From assembly GCA_964373795.1 (NCBI GenBank), contig CAYJVY010000017.1:1-13595 (forward strand): 13,595 nt of DNA. Direction: 5' to 3'. The stretch is from an uncultured archaeon (lineage in GTDB: Archaea > Iainarchaeota > Iainarchaeia > Iainarchaeales > DATDZZ01). Positions within the stretch are counted from its first letter, which is position 1, and every line of letters starts with the position of its first letter. Shown one piece after another: positions 12,965 through 13,595 of this stretch. Made by a program: the position numbers and the translations under genes. Below the pieces are notes generated by a model. The model made no database searches, was not told the DNA's origin, and saw only the letters and a list, made by a program, of their open reading frames with translations.

Positions 12965-13254
12965 TTAAAACCATTAAAGTTAAACCAGAAAAAGCAATAA
13001 AAGAATATGCAATTCCAGTTCAAAGTTAGTTTCAATAAACTGACACACTTATTTCCAAACAGAAAATTTTCTTGTCAATTCAGAAACAAGGCTCCAATTA
13101 CCAAAAATGACAATAGAGATTGCCTCTATAATCCTGCTTTGGACTCTGCGACCCTTCAGACACCGCTGGACAAATTACACTTTATAAGCAAGCTACTTAA
13201 CCAAAAGGTTTAAAAGTTCGAAAGAACAATAAAATAGTATAGAATTAGAGTTTT

Positions 13255-13533
13255 TTGATTTTATTGAACAATCAAAAATTAAATTTAAAGGTTTTAACAA
13301 ATCAAAAGCATTTCAAGCTTTTGAATTTTAATGCTTTAACAAAGACTTTAAAAATTCAAGTAAAAAGCTTGCCTGAAAAAGGCAAAGCAAACACTGAAAT
13401 TGAACAAAACTTAAGCAAAATATTTAGCAAAAATGTTTCAATAATTAGAAGATTTAAATCCAATAAAAAAATTGTTTTAATGCAAGAAACAACTGAAAAA
13501 GAGTTAAAGGATTTAATTCAAAAAAACCTCTAA
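13255..13533 (+). CDS. DUF167 / YggU-family protein
   Basis: LKIQVKSLPEKGKANTEIEQNLSKIFSKNVSIIRRFKSNKKIVL matches the DUF167 core (v.v.a.P..GkAN.eli.fLsk......v.iv.G..s..K.v). No ATG is available, so the start is TTG at 13255 or 13264, which is uncertain. Confidence 0.7.
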   Translation: MILLNNQKLNLKVLTNQKHFKLLNFNALTKTLKIQVKSLPEKGKANTEIEQNLSKIFSKNVSIIRRFKSNKKIVLMQETTEKELKDLIQKNL

Positions 13534-13557
13534 AAAAAACACTCTAATTCTAGAAAA

Positions 13558-13582
13558 AAGCTTTTCTTTAAAAGAAAAGCTT
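13558..13582. repeat. perfect 25-nt palindrome AAGCTTTTCTTT-A-AAAGAAAAGCTT (hairpin or operator)
   Basis: Two 12-nt arms are perfectly complementary around a single central base. The palindrome lies 25 nt downstream of the DUF167 TAA. It could be a terminator-type hairpin or a dimeric protein-binding site for a gene beyond the window edge. Confidence 0.7.
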
Positions 13583-13595
13583 GCAAAAGAACTTT

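Noticed and set aside
13007-13213. 68-aa ORF in the hjc/DUF167 spacer.
   Set aside because: It has no SD, no leaderless-type TATA spacing, a low-complexity sequence and no recognisable family. I kept it only as an alternative explanation in the spacer finding.
13240-13552. A 12-nt inverted repeat (TAGAATTAGAGT at 13240-13251 and ACTCTAATTCTA at 13541-13552) flanking the DUF167 gene, as possible mobile-element ends.
   Set aside because: A single 12-nt A/T-rich match between nearby segments is about what chance would give in a window of this size and composition. There is no target-site duplication or transposase, and DUF167 is a housekeeping-type gene.

Overview
This is an AT-rich, gene-dense segment, roughly one-third G+C by eye. 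Convergent genes overlap or nearly touch at 1151-1154, 3332-3337 and 11473/11480. It reads as chromosomal DNA of a small-genome archaeon; a DPANN-type lineage is a guess from composition and gene content. Archaeal hallmarks recognised from the translations are Holliday-junction resolvase Hjc, archaeal-type peptidyl-tRNA hydrolase Pth2, a HerA ATPase with a NurA nuclease, a circularly permuted YlqF/YawG-type GTPase, and a DUF167/YggU protein. Also present are ArsR-type and ribbon-helix-helix regulators and a DUF4258-like/DUF2283 pair. The rest are ORFans, several with strongly basic N-termini, plus membrane or surface proteins. I found no rRNA, canonical tRNA, CRISPR array, transposase or integrase. 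Start sites are of two kinds. Some have clear GGAGG-type Shine-Dalgarno sequences. Others have no SD but an A/T-rich TATA-like box centred about 26-29 nt upstream of the ATG, which is leaderless geometry. The strongest anomaly is a ~160-nt island at 6731-6890 with 99/160 G+C by hand count; the next 70 nt have 15/70. It sits exactly between a TATA-like box and the real nurA start, and the ORF track absorbs it as a false 44-aa N-terminal extension of NurA. I interpret it as a candidate structured RNA or 5' leader of a nurA-ORFan-herA operon, with foreign DNA or an assembly chimera as the alternative. Other items worth a second look:
- the unusual nurA-X-herA architecture, which lacks mre11/rad50;
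- a duplicated translation-initiation region that creates a 16-codon mini-ORF abutting pth2;
- a perfect 19-nt direct repeat pair upstream of a leaderless membrane-protein gene;
- a membrane-tethered ArsR regulator with a doubled CX3CX2C motif;
- a perfect 25-nt palindrome at the 3' edge of the window.
All family assignments come from motif recognition by eye. No searches were run.
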